Shown in pieces: positions 10,780 to 22,491 of a stretch of 64,000 nucleotides of DNA; positions within the stretch are counted from its first letter, which is position 1, and every line of letters begins with the position of its first letter. The notes below the pieces were generated by a model. That model had not been told where the DNA came from. It worked only from the letters and a program-made list of their open reading frames with translations, and did not search any database. This DNA comes from a bacterium (lineage in GTDB: Bacteria > Patescibacteriota > Dojkabacteria > SC72), in contig JAJTYH010000003.1 of NCBI GenBank assembly GCA_021463465.1, positions 3,043 to 67,042 on the forward strand. The letters run 5' to 3'. Made by a program: the position numbers and the translations under genes.

Positions 10780-10889
10780 AATGATAAAAAATGGCCCAGA
10801 CTGGCGGAACAATCTAAAGGCGTACATCTTCAAAATATTATTTACCCGCGGTCAGAGTATACCACAAAGTCCCTACTGAGGAAATATTC

Positions 10890-10918
10890 TTGACTTAAAG
10901 GGTTTAATTGAGTAGTAT
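10890..10918 (+). promoter_or_regulatory. sigma70-type promoter for greA (near-leaderless)
   Basis: TTGACT-17 nt-TAGTAT, 8 nt before ATG 10927. Confidence 0.65.
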
Positions 10919-10926
10919 CTGGCTCC

Positions 10927-11388
10927 ATGGAGCAGATTGAGAGGCCCTTAATAACCAAAGTAGGACTTGAGAAGCTCAAGGCAGAACTATACCAAAGGGA
11001 GAATGTCAAAAAACAATCCCTCGTCTCTACCCTAATATCCTCAAAAGAAGCTGGTGACGAAAGAGAAAACGACGGCTTCAGCCTAGCATTTGAAGATTTC
11101 CAAATCAACGAACAGAGGATCCTCGACTTAAAGGAAACTATAAAATTCCATCAATTGGTTATCCCTAAACAGAATAACTTTGTGGAACTGGGGCATAAAA
11201 TAATACTTAAAGACCTGAAAGGGAAAGAACGTATACTGCAATTAGTACCTCCAATAGAAGTCGACCCTTTCTTGGGTAAGATTTCAGATAAATCGCAAAT
11301 CGGTGAAATGCTTCTCAAAAAGACAGTTGGTACAAAAATAGTTTTAGGAGGTAAACTTTACAAAATTATAAAGATTGTTACCTTTTAG
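10927..11388 (+). CDS. greA: GreA/GreB family elongation factor
   Basis: ITKVGLEKLKAEL, GDEREN acidic tip, GKISDKSQIG. Confidence 0.88.
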   Translation: MEQIERPLITKVGLEKLKAELYQRENVKKQSLVSTLISSKEAGDERENDGFSLAFEDFQINEQRILDLKETIKFHQLVIPKQNNFVELGHKIILKDLKGKERILQLVPPIEVDPFLGKISDKSQIGEMLLKKTVGTKIVLGGKLYKIIKIVTF

Positions 11389-11941
11389 CCAAGTATGCAT
11401 ACTTCTTTATCAAATGTCTAGTTGAAAAATCCTTAAGTTTACTCTTACCAATTTCCAAGATAGTTGCAACTTCCATTATACGGGCCTCATTTGGAGCTTC
11501 AATCTCCATAAACTCAGGTATATGACTAAGTGCTCCAAGATACCTATCAAAAACAATACTAGCATCACCTAACTTCCATGACCTTCTGATTTTTTCATCT
11601 TCCCTTACAACCCTTTTAAAACCCAACTTTTCAAGAAGAGTTCTTGTTGTATCAAAGCTTGAAACACTTATTTCAGTTTCAATTCTCTTTTTAACCTTAC
11701 TACCCTTTTTCTTATTTCCTGGGACTTCTTTAAGCGTCAGCACAGTACTTTCACCCTCTTGCCTAAGTCTTAAGGTCTTATGTGAAGCCTGAACGTCATT
11801 TTGATTATTATCTAGGCTCAGTGCATGGAATTTTAACTCAAATTCAAACTCTGCCCCAAGTATTTTGAGTTTATCTTCTATCGCTTTTCGATTTATTTCT
11901 AATACTTTTACTTCTATCTCTTCCATTATTTGTCTTTGCAA
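11378..11941 (-). CDS. CYTH-domain (class IV adenylate cyclase-like) protein
   Basis: EIEVK ExExK motif, LRLR, LTLK, EIE; true start may be 11926. Confidence 0.85.
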   Translation of the reverse strand: MQRQIMEEIEVKVLEINRKAIEDKLKILGAEFEFELKFHALSLDNNQNDVQASHKTLRLRQEGESTVLTLKEVPGNKKKGSKVKKRIETEISVSSFDTTRTLLEKLGFKRVVREDEKIRRSWKLGDASIVFDRYLGALSHIPEFMEIEAPNEARIMEVATILEIGKSKLKDFSTRHLIKKYAYLAKR

Positions 11942-12552
11942 TATGAACAGTACTCTTTAAGTATACACCTTGATTCATTCATCCTAGCTTTACAGACATA
12001 TCTACCATAAAGTACGAATGTCGAATTTACTCTATGCCAGACTTCTTGAGGGTAAAGCTTTTGTAAATCCAAAGCTACTTTCTTTGGGTCCGAATGTTTG
12101 GTTAGTCCCATTCTCTGCGCAACTCGAATCACATGAGTATCAGCACCTATACCTTCATTCTTTTTATACAAATCATTAAGAAATACATTGGCTGTCTTTA
12201 TACCCACACCTTTAAGCCTAATCAGTTCATCAACTGTATCGGGTACCACCCCACCAAAATTAGTCTCAAGCGTCTGTGCAGTTTCAACGAGATACTTAGC
12301 CTTAGATTTAAAATAGTTCACCCCAGCTATCAGTTCTTCAATGTCCGAAATATTAGCCATTGACAGTTTTTTAGAGGTTGGATACTTATCAAAGAGTTTC
12401 GATGTCACTGTATTGACTTTTTTATCAGTCGTCTGAGCCGAAAGAATTATACAAATCAGGAATTGAAAAGGCGTTTTCCAATTGCCAAGTTCAGATTTAG
12501 CATCAGGAAATAAGCTTTCTATCTTTTTTAATATTGTTTGTGATTTATTCAT
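11926..12552 (-). CDS. nth: Endonuclease III
   Basis: ILSAQTTDKKVN, HhH LKGVGIKTA, catalytic Asp in ADTHV. Confidence 0.95.
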   Translation of the reverse strand: MNKSQTILKKIESLFPDAKSELGNWKTPFQFLICIILSAQTTDKKVNTVTSKLFDKYPTSKKLSMANISDIEELIAGVNYFKSKAKYLVETAQTLETNFGGVVPDTVDELIRLKGVGIKTANVFLNDLYKKNEGIGADTHVIRVAQRMGLTKHSDPKKVALDLQKLYPQEVWHRVNSTFVLYGRYVCKARMNESRCILKEYCSYCKDK

Positions 12553-12574
12553 ATAAACTTTTTAAATCCAGTTA

Positions 12575-13810
12575 CTAATAAAACTTTGGGTTTTTAACAA
12601 CAACCTCTCGAAGATCTTTTGCAAGGATAACCTCTGATTCATATAAACTTTCAGTACGTCTCTTAAATCTCATCCCTTTATATATTATTCCGACATCGCC
12701 AGTGTAGTAAAGTAACGGGATATCGTTATAAAAGTATCGTGGCTCAGGTCTCTCATAAAACGCACTGAACGTTTCAGATACATAAGATGCTGGTACAAAT
12801 GGATTAAGTCCCAAATTTCCTATACGTTCCAAAACATCTAACAGATTTATTTTAATGCTGTTTATCCCATCTCCCTCATCAAACCAATTCAAAGACCCTT
12901 GGTAGTTCCTTAAGCATATAATTAAAGCTATAACAAAAGGGAGATGATTAATATGAAAATCAATTCCAGACGTATCATTCTCTATATATATTATATCTTT
13001 TGAGAACTCAAATCCTAATCGGTTTCTTAAATTTAAGTAATTTTGTAATTGCGTTATTCTTAATTTATCGTGAATATCTTCATCATGACTTCTGACACTA
13101 AGGCTTCGCAACCATCTTTCACTATTATTCGGAACAACGACAAATGTTACATCCTCCTTAAGTAATTCCTTATTCTTGTATAACGCTTTAACCATCTCTT
13201 GTACTTCTGTGTCGTCACCTTGAAACACATCAGTAGATGCGGTTCCTCTATCTTTAATTAAAACACGACTAAATTCATTTCTTTCATTAACCCCAAAAAT
13301 ATCGGGTAACATTTTGACAAATGGAGGTAGTCTTTCTGTAAAAGTCCATGAGAAAACCTCATTCATAAAGTTTTCCAATATACATCTTGAAGTAAGAAAT
13401 CCTTCTGCAAATCTGGCGTTTTCAGAACATGCTCTACTCCCATTAAGTAAAACATCCCCATTAATACCTTCCTTCAAAACCCTCCTCCAATTAGGATACT
13501 CAACATCTAGATTTAGAGTTACTTCTATAAGGCTTTTCCAGTACTCAGGTCCTAAAGACTTTCTGATTTCTGAAAACAATTGGGGTGTATTTAGCTCTCT
13601 CTCAGAATAACTTCCATTACGATGTGGAAATACAATGGGTAAATCTGGAGGTTCAATTACAGAAGCGACTTTAAATGGGATTTCTCCATTTTCTTGGCAA
13701 ATTTTAGACATAAATGACACTATGAAATGAATCCTTTCTAATAAAGTGCCTTTGCCTATTTGATTTGGCCCCTCAATAGATGTAAGCAAAAATTTCTCAT
13801 CCGATACCAT
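12575..13810 (-). CDS. Hypothetical protein with thymidylate-kinase-like P-loop domain
   Basis: SIEGPNQIGKGT and KDRGTASTDVFQG resemble Tmk motifs, but the protein is about twice Tmk size. Confidence 0.5.
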   Translation of the reverse strand: MVSDEKFLLTSIEGPNQIGKGTLLERIHFIVSFMSKICQENGEIPFKVASVIEPPDLPIVFPHRNGSYSERELNTPQLFSEIRKSLGPEYWKSLIEVTLNLDVEYPNWRRVLKEGINGDVLLNGSRACSENARFAEGFLTSRCILENFMNEVFSWTFTERLPPFVKMLPDIFGVNERNEFSRVLIKDRGTASTDVFQGDDTEVQEMVKALYKNKELLKEDVTFVVVPNNSERWLRSLSVRSHDEDIHDKLRITQLQNYLNLRNRLGFEFSKDIIYIENDTSGIDFHINHLPFVIALIICLRNYQGSLNWFDEGDGINSIKINLLDVLERIGNLGLNPFVPASYVSETFSAFYERPEPRYFYNDIPLLYYTGDVGIIYKGMRFKRRTESLYESEVILAKDLREVVVKNPKFY

Positions 13811-13849
13811 AAAGCATTATAGCAACAATAATGGGATAAATAGAGAAAC

Positions 13850-13877
13850 AAAAAACCCACCTTTCAGGTGGGTTTAA
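13850..13877 (-). terminator. Intrinsic terminator of the rRNA operon
   Basis: AAACCCACCT-GAA-AGGTGGGTTT followed by a T run, just after the 5S gene. Confidence 0.85.
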
Positions 13878-13883
13878 TGACAG

Positions 13884-14002
13884 TCCCGGCGACGACCTAT
13901 CTTCCCAGATCCGTACGGACCAAGTATTTTAGGCGCTGGAGCGTTTTACTTCTGAGTTCGGGATGGAATCAGGTAGTTCCACTCCGCTACAACCGCCAGG
14001 CA
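13884..14002 (-). rRNA. rrf: 5S rRNA
   Basis: CCTGGCGG...CCATCCCGAACTCAGAAG...TCGCCGGG; ends approximate. Confidence 0.95.
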
Positions 14003-14504
14003 TAAGTCCTAAAAATTTTAGAACTCGTGCCTGGCCTCTTCTTACGAAGAAGTCAGGACTAAATTCATAAAGAGCAAAAGAGTGTTTGCACACTCAAAAC
14101 TGAATAGAAATATACCTACCTAAAAATATCAAAGCTTTTGATTTATTAGTACTTCTAGGCTGAACACATTACTGTGCTTACACCAGAAGCCTATCAACGT
14201 GGTCATCTTCCACGAATCTTCCGCTAGGTCAAGCCTAGCAAGCAAATTTCATCTTAGGACGAGCTTCGCACTTATATGCTTTCAGTGCTTATCTCTTAGC
14301 GACTTAGCTACCCTGCGATGCTCTTGGTAGAACAGCAGGTGTACTAGAGGTCACCTCGCCCCGATCCTTTCGTACTAGGGGCCACCTCCCTCAAATTTGC
14401 AACGCCCGCATCGGATAGAGACCGACCTGGCTCACGCCGGTCTGAACCCAGCTCACGTACCGCTTTAATGGACGAACAGTCCAACCCTTGGGTGCTTGTC
14501 CACA

Positions 14505-14536
<32 letters not shown>

Positions 14537-15107
14537 GAACGGTGCCGTCAATATGAACTATCGGGCACCACCAGCCTGTTATCCCCGGGGTAACTTATCT
14601 CCGTTAAACAATAGCGATTCCACATTCTGCTAAAGGGTCACTTAGACCTGCTTTCGCAACTGCTCGGGGTGTCCCCCTCACAGTAAAGCATCCTTATGCC
14701 TATGCACTCTTCATCCGATTTCCATCCGGATTGAGGATACCTTAGTGCTCTTGCGATACTCTTTCGCAAGAAACCGCCCCAGTCAAACTGCCTGCCGTGC
14801 ACTGTTCCTTGGCTAGATCATAGCCACAGGTAAGAAATAAAACGTTAAAAGGGTGGTATTACACTTGGCGCCTCCGCTAGACCTGACGATCCAGCTTCAA
14901 AGGCTCCCACCTATACTCTACATCCAAAGTTTTATCCCAATGCAAAGCTGCAGTAAAGCTCCACGGGGTCTTTTTGTCCTTATGCGGGTAGGCCGCATCT
15001 TCACAGCCATTTCAATTTCGCCGGGCACGTTGTCGAGACAGTGAAAGAATCGTTACGCCTTTCATGCAAGCCACTAATTAAGTGGCGAGGTATTACGCTA
15101 CCTTAGG

Positions 15108-15898
15108 CATTCCTGTTACTTATATCTAGAAAAACTAGATGACCTAATTACTTAGGCGGATACATGTTCATGTATCTCACTACATTGCTGTAGTGGTCGG
15201 ACTATATCTTCACATATTACTATGTGTCTAACATTTAGCCTCTGAGGATTCTATCAATTACTATTTTTCTGTCCCACTTTTTACCTTTACCTAACCGATT
15301 TATCTTGTAAGCATAATCAACTAGCTTTAAAAAACCAGTACGATTGAGATGCTTTTTGTAGTACATCAGAGTAACTGCTTCTGAAAAAATTTCAAAAGCT
15401 TCTGACTTTACAATTAACGGATATTTCTTGAAGAAAGGTATGACTTTAGTAAAACATGGAGTAATTCCAGATATTTGATAGGTAAACACATTAGAAGGAT
15501 TACTCTTTCTATGTATAGAACCAGTATCAAACATACTTTGGATTAATTTAAGAATATCTAAACCTTTCTCATGTTGATAAACATAAAAAGCCGGTTCAAT
15601 TCTTAAACCATATTTCACATTATTTCTATTCTTAATATTAAGACAGAAACTACCTTCTCCATCAATAAATCCTGAGATAAACCAATTAATGTAATGCGTA
15701 TTTGCGGGAACTGTATTTGAAAGTCTTTCCTGCTGATTGTCCAAAAGCATAAAATTTTTACTCTTTAAAAAGTATTTATACCGTTTAGGATGTCCCAGCA
15801 TATAGTTAGATTTTATAACGGCCCAATATCTTGTAGCAACACACTTAATTTCTTTGAAATGAATTTCTAAGAAAATTAAGAGTAGATATTTATCTACC
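15108..15898 (-). mobile_element. Group I intron at 23S position 1923 (E. coli numbering), 791 nt
   Basis: Interrupts AACTATAACGGT^CCTAAGG; ends in omega-G; IGS GGGCCGTTATA; core AATCAGCAGG (Q), CAGAGGCTA (R), AAGATATAGTCC (S). Confidence 0.93.
15235..15750 (-). CDS. Intron-encoded single-motif LAGLIDADG homing endonuclease
   Basis: WFISGFIDGEGSF motif; start uncertain (15750 or 15801). Confidence 0.9.
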   Translation of the reverse strand: MLLDNQQERLSNTVPANTHYINWFISGFIDGEGSFCLNIKNRNNVKYGLRIEPAFYVYQHEKGLDILKLIQSMFDTGSIHRKSNPSNVFTYQISGITPCFTKVIPFFKKYPLIVKSEAFEIFSEAVTLMYYKKHLNRTGFLKLVDYAYKINRLGKGKKWDRKIVIDRILRG

Positions 15899-18112
15899 AC
15901 CGTTATAGTTACAGCCGCCATTGACCAGGGCTTAAGTCGTCCGCTTCACAGCAGCTAGGACACCGAAGTGTACCTAGGAGCCGATCACAAACTTCCTTAA
16001 CCTTCTGGCATTGGGCAGGCGTCAGCACTTATACATCTTCTTACGAATTTGCAAGCGCCTGTAGTTTTGTTAACTAGTCGTTCTTTCCAATTTCATGCTG
16101 CCATAATCAACACTAGATAAATCTTGTGTTGTATGGCCCTCCTTCTCGCGAACTTACGGAGTTAATTTGCCGAGTTCCTTAACAACGCATCACCCGTACG
16201 CCTTGGTGCATTCACACCAGTCCACCAGTGTCGGTTTGCAGTACGATTGCAAGTAAATTTAGTATCCCCGAAGGGATACAGTTAGAAGTTTTTCCAGGAG
16301 GATTAAATACGACAAATCGGCTTCCCGAAGGTTACCTTTACGTCACAGCTCACATACGTTTACCCGAAGGTAAACACGTCTCCCCGGATTTACCTGAGAA
16401 GACTAGTTCACTGCTTGTGCCCCAATCCTTAAGGGGCCTGCCTTTTCAATCCCCGAACTCCATCACAATACTAGCAGTACAGGAATATTAACCTGTTGCC
16501 CATCGCATACGCCTTTCGGCCTGTGCTTAGGATCGACTAACCCATGGATGACTGACATAGCCATGGAAACCTTAGACATTCGGCGAGCAGAGTTTTCATC
16601 TGCTTTGCGCTACTCATCCCTACATTCTCACTTCTATGCGCTCCAGAAACTACTTACGTGTTCCCTTCACAGCGTTGTCTAACCTGCTAAGGCTAGCATG
16701 CATAGAACGCTCCCCTACCGCCCATATCCGTCGAAACGGAAATGTACTTGTAACTTCGGAATCTACCTTCAGCCCCGTTAAATCTTAGGTGCAAAGTCTC
16801 TTGACTAGTAAGCTTTTACGCACTTTTTAAAGGGTGGCTGCCTCTAAGCCAACCTCCTAGCTGTCTGAGAATCTTTACCGCCTTCTCCACTCAGGTAGAA
16901 TTTAGGGTCCTTATTTGACAATCTGGGCTGTTTCCCTCTTGAGCATAGGAACTTAGCTCCCTAGCTCTAACTGCTGCAATATACATACCGGTATTTGGAG
17001 TTTAACAAGACAAAGTACGATTACTCGCCTTCGATCTTATTAGTGCTCTACCCCCAGTACTTAAATTGCAACGCTAGCCCTAAAGCTATTTCGGGGAGAA
17101 CCAGCTATAACCAGGTTCGTTTGGCATATTACCGCTAACCACGTCTCATCTCATAGATTCGCAAGTCTAATGAGTTCGGTCCTCGATCCTAATTTCTTAG
17201 GACTTCAACCTGGACGAGGCTAGATCACCTGGATTCGGGTCCAGTGCATACGACTCAAATCGCCCTATTCGGACTCGCTTTCGCTTCGGCTCCACCGTTT
17301 CCGGCTTAACCTTGCCGTACACAACTGACTCGCAGGGTCATTCTTCAATAGGCACGCCGTCACGGGATATACCCGCTCCGACTGTTTGTAAGTATATGGT
17401 TTCAGTATCTATTTCACTCCCCTAACAGGGGTTCTTTTCGCCTTTCCCTCTCGGAACTTTGTTCACTATCGGTCGTAGAAAGTGTTTAGCCTTGCCAAGT
17501 GGTCTTGGCAGCTTCCCACAGAATTTCACTTACTCCGTGGTACTTAGGAAAATTAAAAGAAGATGTACTGATTTAATGTACGCAACTGTCATGCTCTACG
17601 GTCTACCTTTCCAGGTATGTTCCAATATCAGTATATTTTGTAACTTCTCAAGAACCTTGCTGTGTTCTTATATAATTCCCTACAACTCCAATGTCGCACG
17701 AACAGCAATTTACGGACTCTCCGCATCAATCATCGCAACGCGAATCATGAATTAGATACTCCTTACACGACATTAGTTTAGGCTTCTCCCTTTTCGCTCG
17801 CCACTACTAAGGGAATAATCCTGTTGGTATTTTTTCCTCCGGTTACTGAGAGGTTTCACTTCACCGGGTGCCTTTCCTAGCAGCTATGAATTCACTGCTG
17901 GATGATCAGACATGACTCTGATCGGGTTACCCCATTCGGAAATCTCCGGGTTCTAATGTTTGTTTGGCAACTCCCCGAAGCATATCGCAGCCTACCACGT
18001 CCTTCTTCAGCTTTCTACGCCAAGGCATTCACCATATACCTGTAGCATCGCTTTATATATTTTTATTAAAATGGTTGTATTATTTCTATTCAGTTTTTAA
18101 AGTGCAAAATCT

Positions 18113-18186
18113 TGGACCTGGGTGGACTCGAACCACCTACCTCTTCATTGCAAATGAAGTGTTCTAGCCAGCTGAACTACAGGCCC
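18113..18186 (-). tRNA. tRNA-Ala(TGC) in the rRNA spacer
   Basis: Cloverleaf, anticodon arm CTTCA-TTTGCAA-TGAAG. Confidence 0.95.
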
Positions 18187-18218
18187 ATACCTATCTATAG
18201 TTTTCAAAAAAGAGCATC

Positions 18219-18292
18219 TGGGCGCACCAAGAATCGAACTTGGGACCTCAGTCTTATCAGGACTGTGCTCTAACCAGCTGAGCTATGCGCCC
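18219..18292 (-). tRNA. tRNA-Ile(GAT) in the rRNA spacer
   Basis: Cloverleaf, anticodon arm CAGTC-CTGATAA-GACTG. Confidence 0.95.
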
Positions 18293-18370
18293 TCTGATTC
18301 TAGATAATTTGATAAAGATCTAACTTTGAAAACTAGATAGTGGTAGGAAGTACTTTTTGGGTACTCCTTA

Positions 18371-19918
<1,548 letters not shown>

Positions 19919-20202
19919 AAGCATTGTTTCCTGTACAAAAGAGTACAAGAAAACTGTTGACGCTACCCAACAGATTTTTCACTCACAAGGACATTACGTT
20001 TGCGTATTCAAATTTTTAAAAATGAATTTGCAGGAAATGTCAAAAAATTACTTTTGACTTCCTACCACTATTTAATTTTCAAAGCGCAAAATGAATTGGT
20101 GCATACCATATACAAACTTTGCGTGTAGTAAGAAATTCGTTAGAAATCTAAATTTCTAAGAGGAATTCTGATTCTCAAGTATCCCAAACTCAATGTGGGG
20201 GT

Positions 20203-20231
20203 ATTATACACACAAAAAACCGATGACACAA
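20203..20231 (-). promoter_or_regulatory. rRNA operon promoter
   Basis: TTGTGT-17 nt-TATAAT with extended -10 TG; boxA-like TGCGCTTTGAAAA at about 20076-20088. Confidence 0.75.
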
Positions 20232-20254
20232 GTGCTTAAACCAGAAATATTTAC

Positions 20255-22048
20255 CTAAGCAAACATGTGCTCTAACTCTTCCACAGTAGTAACCTGATTT
20301 ACTGCTTTCTCCCTATCAAATTCAATCATTCGGGGGAACCTCAAGGACAAACCGCGGGCAGGCGTATCTGCAACCCCCTTAGTTGTTATTGCCTTCGTTA
20401 TATCATCCGCTTCAATAGTACAGACCACCTCAGGGATTACCCACACATCTGGCTCCAAGATTTTACTAACTATGACATTTCTCGGGATTTTCTTAACAAC
20501 CAAAGGCTTCAATCTAACCAAAATCTTCTCCCATAGCTCATCTGTAACCCCAGTACCCAAACGTGTCACTGACTCAAAAAGCTCTTTTTCATGGTTGTAA
20601 ACTCCACAAAGTAGCGCTCCTATACCAAAAGTCGCACGCTTACCCGACCCTAGGTAGTACCCAAGAATAACTACGTCAATCGAATCACTCAAACCAGACA
20701 TGAACGATTTTTTGAGCTTAATCCATTCAAAGTTTCTACTCCCTGGGGTATATCCTCCAGAGGGTAACTTAGCTATTAAACCCTCTAACCCGGCTTCTAC
20801 CCACCTGCTAAAATTCTCTTTCAAGGCACCCTCGTCAGTTATCCGCACACTTTCTGCCTCTAAAATATCAGTATTCGCACTCTTCAAAAGCAAACTCAAC
20901 TTACCTATACGACTTTCCGTACCCTCATTAATCTGATTTTGACCATCTAAGTACATTAAATCAAAAGCAAAAGACTTTACAGGGATATCCGCAGATATTT
21001 TACTAACCGCATACTTACGTTTTCTTAACATTGTATCTTGGTAAGACTTAAAGTGAGCCCTCTGCGAGTCCCACCCTATTACCTCACTATCTAAAATAAA
21101 GGATTCTGATTTAAGCCGTTTTGCAGCCTCTACAATCTCAGGAAACATCTGAGTGACGTCTTCCAGATTACGTGTAAACAACTTTACTTGAGTCACGTCG
21201 CCACCAAATAGCCCTGCCTGGCTTTCCTGCTTTAAGTATTTAAACCAGATTCGATCTGAATATATAGCGCCGAAACCTTTGACTGACTTATGAATTTGAA
21301 GCCTCAAACCGTCAAACTTAGGTTGGACAACATAACTTTCTCCCATCCGAACTGTAATCTCTTCAAAACTTTTAGCTCGTTCTACTAATCTCGAAAGAAT
21401 TGGTATGCCAGGTTTAACTTCAATCTTTCTCAAATCATCAATTGACCTATTTTGGCATACAACCTGCGCTATATATCCAATATCCGCACTCACTCCATAC
21501 GCCTTATCTAACTCTTCTCTGACACTCTTATCCCCTTTGAACAAAAAGGAGAAGACATCTAGCAATGTCTTAACACTCGCCCCTAATCTCAAACTTCCGC
21601 AAACTATCCGAGCGAAAAACTTACCTTCAAGTTTTGAGAAATCAGAAAGAGCTTTAACCAAAATTAGCTGCTTCCTTTCAGCCGAACCTAAACCTCTGGC
21701 ATTAACAATACTCCACAGCAACTCATAGACTTCCATTACCTCCATATTCGAACCATTACTCTTTAATACATAATAAACGACTGTGCCTATATCCCCGCGG
21801 GCTTTACGCAAATCCAAAACACTCTCTGAAGTTAAACTTTGAAGAGCTTTCAAAAAGGTTTTTTCGGATGTTTGGAATTCACTATCTACAAACAATGGAG
21901 CAACACGACCATCAAGCATATACGAGACAACAGTGACTTCCTGCAAGTTAAGGCTATTGTAAAGTTCAACGAGCTTAGCAGTCATTTCATTACGCGACGA
22001 TACAGCTTCAATCGATTCCAACACCGAAACTAACTGAGAAAATTTCAT
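20255..22048 (-). CDS. ATP-dependent DNA ligase (DBD + adenylation + OB domains)
   Basis: QPKFDGLR, EGLIAK, WIKLK, SLRFPR motifs. Confidence 0.93.
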   Translation of the reverse strand: MKFSQLVSVLESIEAVSSRNEMTAKLVELYNSLNLQEVTVVSYMLDGRVAPLFVDSEFQTSEKTFLKALQSLTSESVLDLRKARGDIGTVVYYVLKSNGSNMEVMEVYELLWSIVNARGLGSAERKQLILVKALSDFSKLEGKFFARIVCGSLRLGASVKTLLDVFSFLFKGDKSVREELDKAYGVSADIGYIAQVVCQNRSIDDLRKIEVKPGIPILSRLVERAKSFEEITVRMGESYVVQPKFDGLRLQIHKSVKGFGAIYSDRIWFKYLKQESQAGLFGGDVTQVKLFTRNLEDVTQMFPEIVEAAKRLKSESFILDSEVIGWDSQRAHFKSYQDTMLRKRKYAVSKISADIPVKSFAFDLMYLDGQNQINEGTESRIGKLSLLLKSANTDILEAESVRITDEGALKENFSRWVEAGLEGLIAKLPSGGYTPGSRNFEWIKLKKSFMSGLSDSIDVVILGYYLGSGKRATFGIGALLCGVYNHEKELFESVTRLGTGVTDELWEKILVRLKPLVVKKIPRNVIVSKILEPDVWVIPEVVCTIEADDITKAITTKGVADTPARGLSLRFPRMIEFDREKAVNQVTTVEELEHMFA

Positions 22049-22050
22049 AC

Positions 22051-22449
22051 CTATTTAGCCAGAGTATAGTTGACAGACTTTGTACTCCCATTACGCTTAA
22101 CAAACCCCATTTTTTCAAGCTTATTCAAATCTCGTCTCAAAGTTCGATCTGTCTGAGCAAACAGCTTTACCATATCCGAAACCTTACCCTCTCCTCTCTC
22201 AGATATATAGTCCATAACTCTCATTTGACGATCGTTTAGACCGTTCGAGGCAAAAGTTGACTCCGGTTTAAGGTTCTCTACTTTAAGCGCTTCTTGGACT
22301 TTAACTTTAGGAGGAAAGACTCTTCTTACAATTACAGGTCTACGAGCACCGCGCTTCTTCATGAAAAGATAGTAGATTACCACCACTGGTACTAACAAAA
22401 GGAAAAGAAGATACCCGTAGTTTTGTTTTTTCATGAAAATAAAGCTCAA
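22051..22449 (-). CDS. Membrane-anchored winged-HTH (DeoR-type HTH) protein
   Basis: N-terminal TM; LNDRQMRVM...TDRTLRRDLNKLEKMG. Confidence 0.7.
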   Translation of the reverse strand: MSFIFMKKQNYGYLLFLLLVPVVVIYYLFMKKRGARRPVIVRRVFPPKVKVQEALKVENLKPESTFASNGLNDRQMRVMDYISERGEGKVSDMVKLFAQTDRTLRRDLNKLEKMGFVKRNGSTKSVNYTLAK

Positions 22450-22491
22450 TTTACATTGAATTCTACAATAATTTCCATATGGATGTAATAC

